A stretch of DNA of 64,000 nt from Octopus sinensis (GCF_006345805.1 NC_043018.1:7688001-7752000), one strand, 5' to 3'; positions 1 to 13,472 are shown, numbered from the stretch's first letter. A program made the numbers and translations. Notes: generated by a model from the letters alone, not told the origin.

Positions 1-1578
1 GGTTGGCATTAGGAAGGGCATCCAGCCATAGAAATCACGCCACAACAGACAGTTGGAATCTGGACAGCTCCCTGCTAGCTAGCTCCATGTCAAACCGTCC
101 AACCCATGCCAGCATGGAAAGCAGACGTTAACGAACAAATGAACAATCACAAGATTGTGGTTTCAATTCCCAGACTGGGCAGTGGTGTGTTGTATTCTTG
201 AGGAAAACATTTCATTTCACATTACCCTGTGATCACTTTGACATCTGCCACATGGCACACCATGCGCCTGTACAAATCATCCATGCAGGTTCTTTAGCAA
301 AAAATTGCAGAACAGTATTTCTCAAACACAAGAGACTGCCACACACACGTATACATACACAAATGCAACGAATACATATTACTGATGCCCCTTCTGTAAC
401 TAAGCCATACCTGCTTTTCAGGTAAGAGACTTTTTTTAATTCTACACATTTCAAGGTGCAGAAAGAGGGAGTGACTAACTCACAGACTACTCTCTTCCAA
501 CATTTCTATGCATCACCAACTTGCAGCAATTTACCACAACATCCAACAAGCCTTGCACTGCCCTTCGTTATTGTTCTCTAACATTCTCCCCTCCTTGGTC
601 AGCCACTCACAACCCAAACACCAAACCCTACAACTTGCACTGATTCCAATGAAGAGTGACCAACTTTGAAAGCATCTTCCAATCAGCATTTATCAATCTT
701 ATCTCTTTTAGCTGCTCACATCCTCATTTGCATTGCAACCCACTTAACCATGAGCAATTCTCAACCAGATCCCTCACAAGCAAGTTCCTCGAGCAGCAAG
801 AAAAAAGGCCATCAGAATTAGCTGTATGGTGAAGAAGCTTGCTTCCCAACCATATGGTCTTGGGTTCAGTTCTACTGCATTGCCACCTCTTCTACTATAA
901 CTCCAAGTTGACTAAAACCTTGTGAGTAGATTTGGTAGATGGAAACTGAAAGAAGCCCATCATGTAATGGGCCCGTGTTTGTGTGTCCCCTAACATCATT
1001 GTCATACAATTGATATTGTTTGATTCCAGTCCTCCATGAAAAACATGTGTGGCCATGGGAGATGTCACTTTGCTTGGGGACAGGTGATGGTTGGGGACAA
1101 GAAGGATATCCAGCGATAGAAAATCTGCTCCAAGAAATTCTGCCTGACCCACTTGAGCATGGAAAAGGGGACACTAAATACAATAGTGAAAAATTCGTAA
1201 TGGACTCTGCTCGTCCGGGCAGGGTGTGTTCATGTCACATCCACCCAAGCATTCCCACACTTCATTTGTCTTTCTTGCTCTCATCAGTTTTGCCGAGTCC
1301 AAGCCCTCACCCCACCCTTACTTTGCCCCCATATGCCCCACACTAATCACCATCCCCAGTCCTTCGCACGTGAATGTCATCCCTCTGAAAATCACTCTCT
1401 GCTCACCACATACTCCCTACAAGTGCTAACTTACAAAAGTTCAAAAGGAACACTGGAAACATCAATTTCCAAGTCAAAGAGGGGCCTGTAGTGGCCAGGG
1501 ACACTCGTCTCTTCATCCAGGCATAGTCAAAAAAAAAAAAAAATCACATTGGTTACCAAAAGATCAAAGATTTCCTAC

Positions 1579-1672
1579 CTCGTAGAACATCTTGTACATC
1601 AGAATCTCCACTTTTCACAAGATCAAGAGGAATATGGCCATCACGGTTTTTCTTATTCAAATCAGCTCCATG
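1579..1672 (-). CDS. TNKS: Tankyrase coding exon (last in window; ARC4/5 junction), phase 0-1; gene continues left of the window
   Basis: [31 protein letters not shown](G); ttgtag acceptor, gtagga donor; 94 nt. Confidence 0.96.
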
Positions 1673-3209
1673 CTACAAAAGAAAATTGAAAGAGTGTAAA
1701 ATCTTGCCTCACAACTGTGTGTGTGTGCAGAAGACATACATGTGTGCATGGATTATGCATATATACATAAATATAAGCTTGTGTGGGCCTTGTATGTGTA
1801 TGCACATACACGTGCACATGTGTGCATTAGCACATATCCATCTATATCTGGGCCTGGTGCAGCCTCCTGGCTTCCCAGACCCCAGTTGAACCGTCCAACC
1901 CATTCTAGCATGGAAAGCGGACGCTAAACAATGATGATGATCTGTATATGGACACACGCATGTAAATCTGTGTCTATACTTACAAACAGAAGTACAAGAC
2001 AAACACACACACACACATTCTCACTCATTCCTTTCAAATGACAATGTGTAGATTCTGTGTATTGATTCACTGTAGTAATTAAAATTCTTCCTGTAAAAAT
2101 CTTATCTTGAAAAAGCCAATATACAGTTGTACAACTTCTACTTTCAAATGACCTTATTTGGTAACGGCAAGCCTTGTGCCAGAGGAAGGATAGGCACCAA
2201 GTTTTAACATTCAAAGGCTAGATTTACCATTTGGCTGCACTCCATGCATTTGGATGGCATTACATGTACCTAATAATAGACTAACTTGGCTCTACATGAC
2301 TTAGAATACACCCATCTCATTTGATACTTAAAGGCCATGGTGAACATCTTCTACCCTTTATTACTTAAGCCAGCTATATCTGGCCCGACTATTCTACCCG
2401 ATTTATGTTCAAACTGGCCATATCCTGCTTCTCACACCTACTCTGCAATGTCATTATAAAAATAAATAATCACATCGCTGAAATCTCAAAGCTTCAAGAT
2501 AATGCATGATGAATTCAAAACAATGTGAATAAATAAGCCTTACTTTTGACAGAGTGGTCTGAATACCAATTGGTTAACCCACATTGTGTCATGCTGAATC
2601 ATCGTCATCATCATCATCGTTTAACATCTGCTTTCCATGCTAGCATGGGTTGGACGATTTTGACTGAGGGCTGGCGAGCCAGATGGCCGCACCAGGCTCC
2701 AATCTTGATCTGGCAGAGTTTCTACAGCTGGATGCCCTTCCTAATGCCAACCACTACGAGAGTGTAGTGGGTGCTTTTTACATGCCACCAGCACGGGGGC
2801 CAGTCAGGCGGTACTGGCAACGACCTCATTCGAATCTTTTTACACGTGCCAGTGAAGCGACGTTGGTAACGATTACGCTCGAATGGTGCCCTTTTACGTG
2901 CCATGGGTACACGGGCTGAATCTCCCTGAAAACTACGTTAAGGATGGCACGTGTCTGTGGGGTGCTCAGCCACTTGGACATCAATTTCACGAGCAGGTTG
3001 TTCCACTGGTCAGATCAACTGGAACACTCAGTCGTAACCAACAGAGTGCTGTTTATATAGAGTAACCAGTCTTATGGGTTTTAAGGCTCAAGAAGAAGTT
3101 TTAAAATAATCATCATTGGTATACCGCTGTGTTTAAAGTGACACCATTGTGTGATGTGTGATGTGTGTGTGTATTATGTCTTGTTGCTGTTAGAAACATT
3201 GAGAAACTT

Positions 3210-3630
3210 GGATCTTTTCCGTTTGAATGGCAGATTTTAACATAATTTCTAGGTAACTAAAAAATTTTAATCTTCGTATACTGGTAGAATGTGTTTATAA
3301 AACATCTTTTTCTCTTGGCTTTATTGAGAAAATTTTATAGTGTGTAAGATATTTTTTGTTTTTTTTCTTCAATTTCTGCAATTTCAACCAATCAATGACG
3401 TCCATTGAGGTAAACAACATTCTGTGCCGTATGAATATGTCCCTCGTTTAAGAAACAGATTGGGTTTATTTACATTTGTGAAGAAAAAAAGATACCCTTC
3501 CCCTTAACCACCCCTAACCCTAACCCTAAAACAGATTGAAATGCAATAGATCGATACTAGGGTCATAATTATGGGTGACAATTTCATATGACACCGCTAG
3601 AAAAAATTGCCGTTCAAACCGAAAAGATCC
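3210..3630. mobile_element. MITE with GG-starting TIRs and 8-bp TSD (Merlin-like or hAT-like)
   Basis: TIRs ggatcttttccgtttgaatggca / tgccgttcaaaccgaaaagatcc; flanks agaaactt / ggaaactt. Confidence 0.7.
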
Positions 3631-3771
3631 GGAAACTTTGTTAACTAATTAAACATTGAACCACTTGTAATCACTGATAGAAATAACTGTTTCGTAAAAG
3701 ATAAGGAAGTATCTTCTGTTATTTTAAAGAAAAAACATCAAAATGAGAAGAAAGGCAAAATGAGAACCAAC

Positions 3772-3870
3772 CTTCAATAATAGTTTACAGATCTCAAACT
3801 TTCCTTTGGCAGCTGCCTCATGAAGTGGAGTAAATTTCCATAAATCTGCTACATTTACCAGGGCACCATG
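3772..3870 (-). CDS. TNKS: Tankyrase coding exon (ARC4), phase 0-0
   Basis: [33 protein letters not shown]; ctccag acceptor, gttggt donor; 99 nt. Confidence 0.97.
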
Positions 3871-5432
3871 CTGGAGAAAAAACAAAGAGTATATATCATT
3901 ATTACATTAAAAGGAAGGCAGCAAGCTGACAGAGTTTTTAGCATGCTGAACAAAATGCTAAGCGGTGTTTCACCTGTTGCTATGTTCTGGGTTCAAATTC
4001 CGCCAAGGTCGACTTTGCCTTTCATCCTTTCAGGGTCAATAAATTAAGTACCGATGAATTGACTGGCTTCTGTGCTGATGGCACATAAAAAGCACCATCC
4101 GAACATGGCCGTTGCCAGCGCCGCCTTGACTGGCTTCTGTGCCGGTGGCACGTTAAAAGCGCCAACCAATCGTGACCAGACTCCCCTGGCACGTAAAAAC
4201 CACCCACTACACTCACAGAGTGGTTGGCGTTAGGAAGGGCATCCAGCTATAGAAACACTGCCAGATCAAACTGGAGCCTGGTGCAGCCTCCTGGCTTCCC
4301 AGACCCTGGTCGAACCGTCCAACCCGTGCTAGCGCGGAAAACGGACGTTAAACGATGATGATGATGAAACAATGGGGTCGATATGATTGACTAGTCCCCT
4401 CCCCAGCAAAATTTCAGACCTTATGTCTTTAGCAGAAAGAATTCATCATCATCATCATCATCGTTTAACGTCCGCTTTCCATGCTGGCATGGGTTGGACG
4501 ATTTGACTGAGGACTGGTGAACTAGATGGCTGCACCAGGCTCCAATCTTGATCTGGCAGAGTTTCTACAGCTGGATGCCCTTCCTAATGCCAACCACTCC
4601 GAGAGTGTAGTGGGTGCTTTTTACGTGCCACCTGCACAGGAGCCAGTCCAGCGGCACTGGCAACCATCTCGCTCGAATATTCTTTCATGTGCCACCTGCA
4701 CAGGAAAGGATTATTGCATTAAAAGGAAAATAAAGTTTTCTTATGTTAGAACAAAACAATAAGGTTGTAGAGAGCATGTGGACGATGATGAGGATGTGTG
4801 TGTGAGAGAGAGAAAAAGAGAAAGAGTGAGAGATACAGCTACGACAATCTTTCTCCAAAACCTCTCCTGATTTTAGGGACACAGTCTAAACCAAACAAAT
4901 ATTAAGTTTACTTAAATGATTAAATGAAATACAAGTATCTGTGTATAAGTATAAATGATACCAATTTATTACTAATGTACTGTGCAAGATACCAGTAAAC
5001 TAGTCTGGTAGCTGCAGGAATTTGAGGTTCCTGCTCATAAACTGGTTTCAAATTCTCACACAAGGCCAACAATTTCGCAGGAAGGGGCTACATTGATTAC
5101 ATCAACTCCAGTGCTCAAATAGTAATTATTTTATCAATGCTGAAAAGATGAAAGACAAAGTCAACCTCAGCGGAATTTGAACCCAGAATATAAAGACGGA
5201 CAAAATGCTAATGAACATTTTGTCCATCACAGTATCGGTTTGCCACTCAGGCAGCTTTGGTCAGCCAAGGGGTATATATAGTAGAAGACATCCAAGGTAT
5301 CGTGCAGTGGGACTGAACTTGAAACCACATGGCTGAGAAGTGAACTTTTTCCACCACAGCCACATCTGCATCTGTTAGAAACACTTGCTCAAGGTATGCA
5401 GCGAGATTGAAGCAGGCTTTTTGACCATGCAG

Positions 5433-5470
<38 letters not shown>

Positions 5471-5807
5471 ATACATGTAGTGTGATGTGTGTAAACTTAG
5501 GGCAAAGGATAAAGACCCCCTTCGGTCAGGAATGACCATGGGGTAGCACCTAGACAGTTCCCCTCCGAGGCACAAATTTGGGCAAGTTTGTTTATGGAAG
5601 ATCAGCAGTCACTCATGCATACCAACTTTCCCTCTCCAATCCAAGGGAAAGGCAAAGACCAGTACAGCTTGGCACCATTTCTACAGCTGAGGGAACTGGA
5701 GCAACATGAAATAATGTGTCTTGTTCAAGAACATAACACATGGCCCAGTCCAGGAATCAAACTCACTACCTCGTGATTGTGAGCCCAACATTCTAACCAC
5801 TGTGTCA

Positions 5808-5960
<153 letters not shown>

Positions 5961-7149
5961 TCATTTTTAATTATATACTAATACAGTTATTGTATTATAG
6001 TCACAATATTAGAATGAAGGGCAGTTAGTGCAGAGTTACACTAGAAGGAAGCACAATAGCCACAGGTAACCTCTGTACTATATTTACAAGAATATATAGT
6101 GTTACTATTACGAAAAACTGTCATATGTCCTAAATTGGCCAAATGCATTTTTTCGCAATAGGCGGTTCTTTTGGTCAAACTATCATATCTCCAGCCACTT
6201 CAGATGCCAAGATATAAAAAGTGTCAAAGTGTAGTACAATGGTATAGAATTTTTCAAAAGTGTAGTAAGTCCTACATACGACAGCTTTGCAAAAGCATTT
6301 CTCACTGAAAATGTCATACATGCATGGAGTTACGATTTTATGCACCCAAACGAAGTATTATTGTTAAGCTGAATCTGTTGCTAATGTAAAAAGAAATGGA
6401 ATGGCAAAACTATTTTTTCGTTTTCTGAAAAAGCAAAGTTTTGGACTTATGACACTTTTGCATAATAGCAATATGTATGTGAGAGAGAGAGAAAGTTATT
6501 ATATTTGTATACATACACAAAGACTCCCTTTGGTCATGACTGACCATGGGATTGCACCTAGAAAGTTCCCCTGCAAGGCACAAGTCCAGGCAAGGTTGTT
6601 TATGGAAGACCAGCATACCAGCTTACCCTCTCCATGCCACTGCATGGCTCAGTGATTAGAGCGTCGAGCTTACGATCGTGAGGTTGTGAGTTCGAATCCT
6701 CGACTGGGCTGTGTGTTGTGTTCTTGAGCAAGACACTTTATTTCACATTGCTCCTGTTAACTCAGCTGTAGAAATGAGTTGTGATGTCACTGGTGCCAAG
6801 CTGTATCAGCCTTTGCCTTTTCCTTGGATAACATCAGTGGTGTGGAAAGGAGAGGCTAGTATGCATGGGCAACTGCTGGCCTTCCATAAAATAACCTTGC
6901 CCGGACTTATACCTCGGAGGGTAACTTTCTAGGTGCAATCCCATGGTCATTCATGACCGAAGAGGGTCTAACTAATGCAGACTGTAAGGGTAGAATTTCT
7001 TTCAGAGCAGCAGAGAGGATTGTTATGTCTTTGACAAGACTACAGGATTCTCCAAACTCTATGCTACACTTAAATACCTTTTAACACAGAATCAGCAGCA
7101 GAGAGGACAGAAGTAGGAGAATGATGGATAACAAAAAGTAGAGAAATTT

Positions 7150-7390
7150 TAAAGGCGGTGAGCTGGCAGAAACATTAGCATGCCGGGCGAAAAACTTAGC
7201 GGTATTTCGTCTGCCGTTACGTTCTGAGTTCAAATTCCGCCGAGGTCAACTTTGCCTTTCATCCTTTCAGGGTCGATAAATTAAGTACCAGTTACACACT
7301 GGGGTCGATGTAATTGACTTAATCCCTTTGTCTGTCCTTGTTTGTCCCCTCTATGTTTAGCCCCTTGTGGGCAATAAAGAAATAAGAGGT
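7150..7390 (+). mobile_element. tRNA-derived SINE family B (representative); other copies 12985-13210-, 15985-16160-, 19755-19982-, 27950-28365- (dimer), 32985-34050- (cluster), 36890-37100-, 37575-37880-, 46278-46490-, 48915-49135-, 57570-57775-
   Basis: ggcggtgagctggcagaa...gagttcaaattccgccgaggtc.actttgcctttcatcctttc.gggtcgataaattaagtacc core repeated throughout the window. Confidence 0.88.
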
Positions 7391-7476
7391 AGAGAAATGG
7401 TGAGAGTGAATGGGGGATGTCAATACCAAAGGTAGGTAAAAGGTATAGGAGTACATGCATGTTTCATAAGGCTCGT

Positions 7477-7705
7477 TAACCTTTTGTATTTAAACTGGCC
7501 ATATCCAGCCAAAATATTCTGCCTGTTTTATGTTCAAACCAGTCAGATCCAGTCTCTCACACCTACCCTACAATGCCATTCTAAAACTAAACAATCAGAT
7601 AGTCAAAATCTTGAAGCTATGAGATAATGCATGATTAATTTAAGACAATGTGAATAAATAAGAAATACATTCGACAGAAATTAATCTGGATGCTAAGGGG
7701 TTAAG
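7477..7705 (+). mobile_element. TTAA-flanked MITE family 2; other copies about 2365-2578, 14633-14830, 35551-35779 and 49402-49960 (split by a SINE)
   Basis: ttaacctttt...ggccatatccagccaaaatattctgcctg...ggatgctaaggggttaa shared among copies. Confidence 0.72.
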
Positions 7706-8149
7706 TATCTACCTCAAGATGGTGTGGAAAGGAGGATGATAAGGATGAGGGAAGGAGGGGTGGAGTGTTGGGGGGGGGTCAGGTAGATTACATGGAATTC
7801 CCCAGTAACACTGGAAACACTGCACAGTGGTATCCACTGCTATCCTCAATCACACCAGCACTGTATTACAGTGGGAGTGAGGATGAGTAAAGAATGATTG
7901 AGTGGTGAAAAAATTAGCCAAAAGAGCAAGAAATGCACACAGAATAATGCATAGGAAATGGACAGCGAATGAGTCATTTAATTAAAAAAAAAAGCCAAGT
8001 GGGACGTAAGATGTAATGTTGGTGAATTTCAGGAAGCATGGAATTTTTGAAGATGATTCCAAAAGATGATGATTCTATTAGAGAGTGGTGGGTGTTAAAG
8101 ACAAAACAAAAACCCAAACAATCAAGGATGTCTGGCCGTAGAGACTCAC

Positions 8150-8301
8150 CCTTTGTCTTTTGCGTGTACGTCTGCACCATTCTGTAACAAAAAATCAACT
8201 ACACTAACACGATTGTAACCTGCAGCAAAGTGCAGTGGAGTGGAATGTCGGCCGTCCAAGTCTCTGCAGTTGACAGCAGAAGGCTGCGCTGTAACCAATT
8301 T
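8150..8301 (-). CDS. TNKS: Tankyrase coding exon (ARC4), phase 0-2
   Basis: [50 protein letters not shown](G); ttgtag acceptor, gtgagt donor; 152 nt. Confidence 0.97.
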
Positions 8302-9281
8302 CTACAAGACAAAACACAGCATTTTAAGAATTGATTTAAATTATATATATATATAAAAGAACAAAAAAAAAAAAGCATTAAAAAATTTAGTGTTTTCTAC
8401 GAGATAAGATGCTTGCTACCCAACCACACGGTTCCAGGTTCAGTCCTACTGCATGGCACCTTGGGCAAGTGTCTTCTACTATAGCCTCAGGCCAACCAAA
8501 GCCTTGCAAATGGATTTAGAAGATGGAAACTGAAAGAAGCCCAGGAGTGGCTGTGTGGTAAGTAGCTTGCTTACCAACCGCATGGTTCCGGGTTCAGTCC
8601 TACAGCGTGGCACCTTGGGCAAGTGTCTTCTACTATAGCCTCGGGCCGACCAAAGCCTTGTGAGTGGATTTGGTAGATGGAAACTGAAAGAAGCCTATCG
8701 TATATATGTATATATATATGTGTGTGTGTGTGTGTGTATGTTTGTGTGTCTGTGTTTGTCACCCTAGCATTGCTTGACAACAGATGCTGGTGTGTTTATG
8801 TCCCCGTCACTTAGCGGTTCGGCAAAAGAGACTGATAGAATAAGTACTGGGCTTACAAAGAATAAGTCCTGGGGTCGAGTTGCTCGACTAAAGGCGGTGC
8901 TCCAGCATGGCCACAGTCAACTGACTCAAACAAGTAAAAGAGTATATATGTATATGTGTCTTTTTTTGTATGTGTGTGTGATGACAGACTCTCTCCTCAA
9001 AGACGATGTATGAGTGTCCAGCTTTTACCCTTTTTTCTGTTTCTGTCAACCAAATCCACTCAAGACTGATCAACCTGAGGCTCTAAGTAAAAGACATTTG
9101 CCACATTGTGGGACTGAACCCAAAACCATGTGGTTGGGAAACAAACTTCTTACCAGAGGACCACACCTGTGTGCTAAGTCGTCATCATTTTCCATGCAGG
9201 CATGGGTTGGATGGTTTGACTATGTGGTTGGTAAGCGAGCTTCTTACCACACAGCCACTCCTGAGCCTATAAAATACAAGC

Positions 9282-9351
9282 CTCCCCAGCAGGGAATTGA
9301 ACCCCGGTCTCCCACATGACAGGTGGGGGATACTTACCACTATACTACCGG
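9282..9351 (-). pseudogene. tRNA-Asp(GTC) pseudogene
   Basis: Reverse complement ccggtagtatagtggtaagtatccccacctgtcatgtgggagaccggggttcaattccctgctgggggag follows the eukaryotic tRNA-Asp sequence. Anticodon arm CCCAC-CT-GTC-AT-GTGGG (anticodon 9319-9321). Acceptor stem 5' strand is broken and there are CpG-type changes. Confidence 0.8.
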
Positions 9352-9455
9352 TTATAAATAATCTTTTAATAATTTTTTGAAGAAATAGTTTTAAATATGA
9401 AAAAACACAAATTTATCTGCAGCAGGAAAAAGGTAAATAAAAGTGCAATATCTAC

Positions 9456-9535
9456 CTTAACAAGATCCAGATCTCCTGATTTGGCTGCTTCTAAAAGTTG
9501 AATATCAACTTCAACTACACCAATTGATGGACCCT
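9456..9535 (-). CDS. TNKS: Tankyrase coding exon (ARC3/4 linker), phase 1-0
   Basis: (E)GPSIGVVEVDIQLLEAAKSGDLDLVK; taccag acceptor, gtagat donor; 80 nt. Confidence 0.94.
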
Positions 9536-10931
9536 CTGGTAATATTGCAGGGGATAAAAAGAAAAAATAAAGAAAAAAAAAGAAGAAAAAAACAATTAAA
9601 ACTTGACAAAAAGAAAAATAGCCTCAATACAGTTCTTTTTTTAGGTTTATGCTAAAATTGATTTTTTTTCTATCTACCTAACCCTAAACTCCCTTTCTCT
9701 CTCTCGCTTACTCACACACACACACATATATATCTCCCTTTATATCTCTTTCTCTCTCTCTCTCTCTCTCTCAGCAACACCTTAATTTTTAACCTTTTTG
9801 TGACAAACCAGCCAAAGAGCCTCCATACCAGTGTCCACAAACTAGAAGTATGATTTAAAGTTTTAAAAAGTCCATACCAACAAAGGTCTTGAAAATCAAA
9901 CAGAAGCAAGGCCACTGCTGCTGCTATCACTGTTTAACGTCCAGTTTTCCATGCTTGCATGGGTCAGACAGAATATTGAGGCAGATTAGCCACAGGCTGA
10001 TGTCCTTCCTATCGCCAAACTTCACTTGATTCCAAGCAAGGTAATATTTACCCAAGGCCAGAGTTTTTTTTTTTTCACAGTTTAGTCACATGTCAATTCT
10101 GATTAAGGAAGACCTGTGACCAAAAGAGTTCCAGCCACAACCACCTTGTCCTTTATTCATCCATAGCATATGAAAACATGTGACATCAAGGCAAATGTGC
10201 ATGTACACACACACAATCATCACCATTTAACATCCATTTTCCATGCTGGCATGGACTGAACGGTTTGATAGGAGCTGGTAAGGCCAGGAACTGAACCAGA
10301 CTTTCTACAACTGGATGTCTTTCCTATAACCACACACACGAAGAGTGTCAGTTTCCTTCCACCCAATTCACTCACAAAGCTTATGTTAACCTGGGTCTTT
10401 AGCAGAAGACAGTACCACAAAGTGGGATTGAACTCAAGACCACACAGTTAGGAAGATTCTTAACCACAAAATCATGCCTGAAAATGTTATTCGTGACTTT
10501 GTTACACACAAACAAAGAAGTTTTTTATACTTTTTTCTAAATTTTAAACTTTAAAACAGATTTTGTTTTATTTTTAATTTCCATGAGAAATAAGCTAAGA
10601 ACGATAACTTTTTTATTATTTGGCAGCCATTGCATCAGAAGGTATAAAATAAAAAAAGAGACTGACAGCCACAAATGTACAAAGGTCTGTTAAAATTGCT
10701 CGTAAAACAAAATTATTTTTAACGAGGTGGAAGGCAAGTTATCTCCCTTGGAATGATTCATGGCTTACAGAAACCAGATTGTTTTCGGGGACAAAACCGT
10801 CTGTCATGCAATCGTTCAGTGTGCATGTATTTGTATGTCGTGGGGTTGTATTGAACAGCTGCCGTCTCGTGTAAGATGAAGCCAGCTGTCCGTTGAAGAG
10901 ATTGACGCACCAACTTCTTTTAGCAGACAAG

Positions 10932-11326
10932 GGATCTTTTCGCTTTGACCGGCAGATTTTTAAAGTAATTTCTTTGTAACTAAACACTTTTAAACTTCGT
11001 ATACTGGTAGAATGTGTTTATAAAACATCTTTTTCTCTTGGCTTTCTTGAGAAAATTCTGTAGTTTGTAAGCTATTTGTTGTTTAATTTCTTGCATTTCA
11101 GCAATTTCAACCAATCAATGACGTCTATTGAGGTGAATACAATATCTCTGGATTGTTGTCAACAACAATTATTTGCAGTGTCATAGCTTACAAACTACAG
11201 AATTTTCTCGAGAAAGCCAAGAGAAAAAAATGTTTTATGTAACACATTTTACCAGTATACGAAGTTTAAAAGTGTTTAGTTACAAAGAAATTATTTTAAA
11301 ATCTGCCGGTCAAAGCGAAAAAATCC
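10932..11326. mobile_element. Foldback MITE of the same family with about 145-bp inverted arms
   Basis: Arms 10931-11075 and 11183-11327 are near-perfect reverse complements; imperfect 8-bp TSD cagacaag / cagaaagg. Confidence 0.8.
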
Positions 11327-13300
11327 CAGAAAGGTTTGAAGACAGGCACTTTCCTATCTGGACAAGCTCTCATCAAATTCTTCAAATATGATTTGAAGAG
11401 GAAGGTGAGGGTAGAAAGGGAAGTGCTACCTTATAGTATGTTTATCAAAAGGTAGACGAGGCTGGCAAGACTGAAAGGATCTACTCTGAGTATGCTTTTC
11501 TAAGTAGGAGGAAAGAAACAGGAAGATAGCACTTCCCATGCCTTGGGAATGGCAGAGTAATCTGGGACACTTTACGTGTGGAGTTTACTCTGAATTACCC
11601 TCAGTGAACTGTTTTTCAAATCTCTCTCTATATATATAGGTACAGGTGTGGCTGTGTGGTAAGAAGCTTGCTTCCCAACACATGGTTCCAGGTTCAGTCC
11701 TATTGTATGGCACCTTGGGCAAGTGGCTTCTACCATAGCCTCAAGCTAACCAAAACCTCGTGAGTGGATTTGGTAGACAGAAACTAAAAGAAGCCTGTCG
11801 CGTGTGTGTGTGTGTGCATGCATGTGTCTGTATCTGTCCCCACTGTCACAGATTGACAACCAGTGATGATGTGTTTATGTCCCCATAACTTAATGTTTCA
11901 GCAAAAGAGACCAAGAGAATAAGTACAAATTTTTTAAAAACATAAGTCTTGGGGGTCAATTTATTGAACTAAAACCCTTCAAGGCGGTGCTCCAGCATGG
12001 CTGCAGTCAAATGACTGAAAACAATAAAAGAATATCCGTTTGTTATATTCTTTAACGTTATAGTCTCGTCCCTCTATCACTGTAAACCCCACCTGTTTCT
12101 GTGTGTTGTACTTCTTTGATATTGCCCTCCATGTCTTGGGCCCTTGTTGCCAATGAAAGAAATCATGTAAAAAAAAAGGTAATATAAAAGGAGGAAGGGG
12201 GCTCTCTACCCCCCTTTTGACCAGGCTCTCATGGCTTTTATGGGTTTTTCCACGAGTAACCTTTCAAAGCGCCTCCCCCTATTGGGAGTTTTTACTTGAT
12301 ATATTTTCAGTGTTATCTTGCATTTTTACAAGGACTTTACAAATGGACAAAACCCTTTTGGAACTTTCATCATGTATTTTGTCCTTACATGTTTTATTTG
12401 ATTTTTGTTAGCCCTTGTGGCCAATAAACGAATTAATTATCATTATTATTATTGTTGTTGTTCTTATTGAGGCAGCGGCAGAGGCTCGCTAATCAGCTGA
12501 GAAGTTTGTGGTTCAAACCATATCATTGTCAATCTGTTATATTTATTACCAGTATTTCAGTGTCGTCCAGTGTCTCTAGTCAAAGACACCAGAACTCAGA
12601 ATGACCAAAATCCAGTTTAGTCACATGTCGATTCTGATCAAGGAAGACATGTGACCAAAAGAGTTCCAGCCACGACCACCTTGTCCTTTATTCATCTATA
12701 GCATATCTAGGACTACACTATCGAGTGTGTCTTGTTTTGTGGCAGTAGGATGTCATTTGAAGGAGATTTGGTTGGGATTTCTGACGGGTCAAGATATCAC
12801 CTCGTTTGGAAATGAGTGTTGGCAACAGGGAGAGCATCCAGTCATAGAAAATCTGCTTCAATGAATTCTGTCCAACACAAGCAAGCATGGAAAGGTGGAC
12901 ATGATGATGATGTTGATGCCACCAGTCTCATCATCTTCCACTTATCACATTACAACCATTGAAATCTCACCGCCAGCACTACAACATATTTCTTTACTAG
13001 CCACAAGGGGCTAAACACAGAGGGAACAAACAAGGACAGACAAACGGATTAAGTCAATTACATTGACCCCAGTGCGTAACTGGTACTTAATTTATCAACC
13101 CCGAAAGGATGAAAGGCAAAGTCGACCTCGGCGGAATTTGAACTCAGAACATAACGGCAGACGAAATACCGTTAAGCATTTCACCCGGGTGCTAACGTTT
13201 CTGCCAGCTAGTAAAACCATCATATAGCAACCTCCTCTATCACCACTACTGCCACCACCAACAACAACAACAGCATCAACATGTTGCTATAGTTACTTAC

Positions 13301-13472
13301 CCCGTAGAATTTTCTTGACATTTTCAGACGCCAGCTGTGCTGCCGTATAACCTTGAAGAGACATTGTGGTCGGGTCGACACCGTGAGACAGCAAGAGACG
13401 GCAAGCCTGTACATTCCCTTGCTTGGCGACACGGTGAAGAGCTGTCTGGCCGAGACTGTCCAAAGCATTGAC
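13301..13472 (-). CDS. TNKS: Tankyrase coding exon (ARC3), phase 0-1
   Basis: [57 protein letters not shown](E); ctctag acceptor, gtaagt donor; 172 nt. Confidence 0.96.

Noticed and set aside
1-1578. Next 3' tankyrase exon (GDAALLDAAKKG)
   Set aside because: Not found in any frame I inspected; gene continues left of the window
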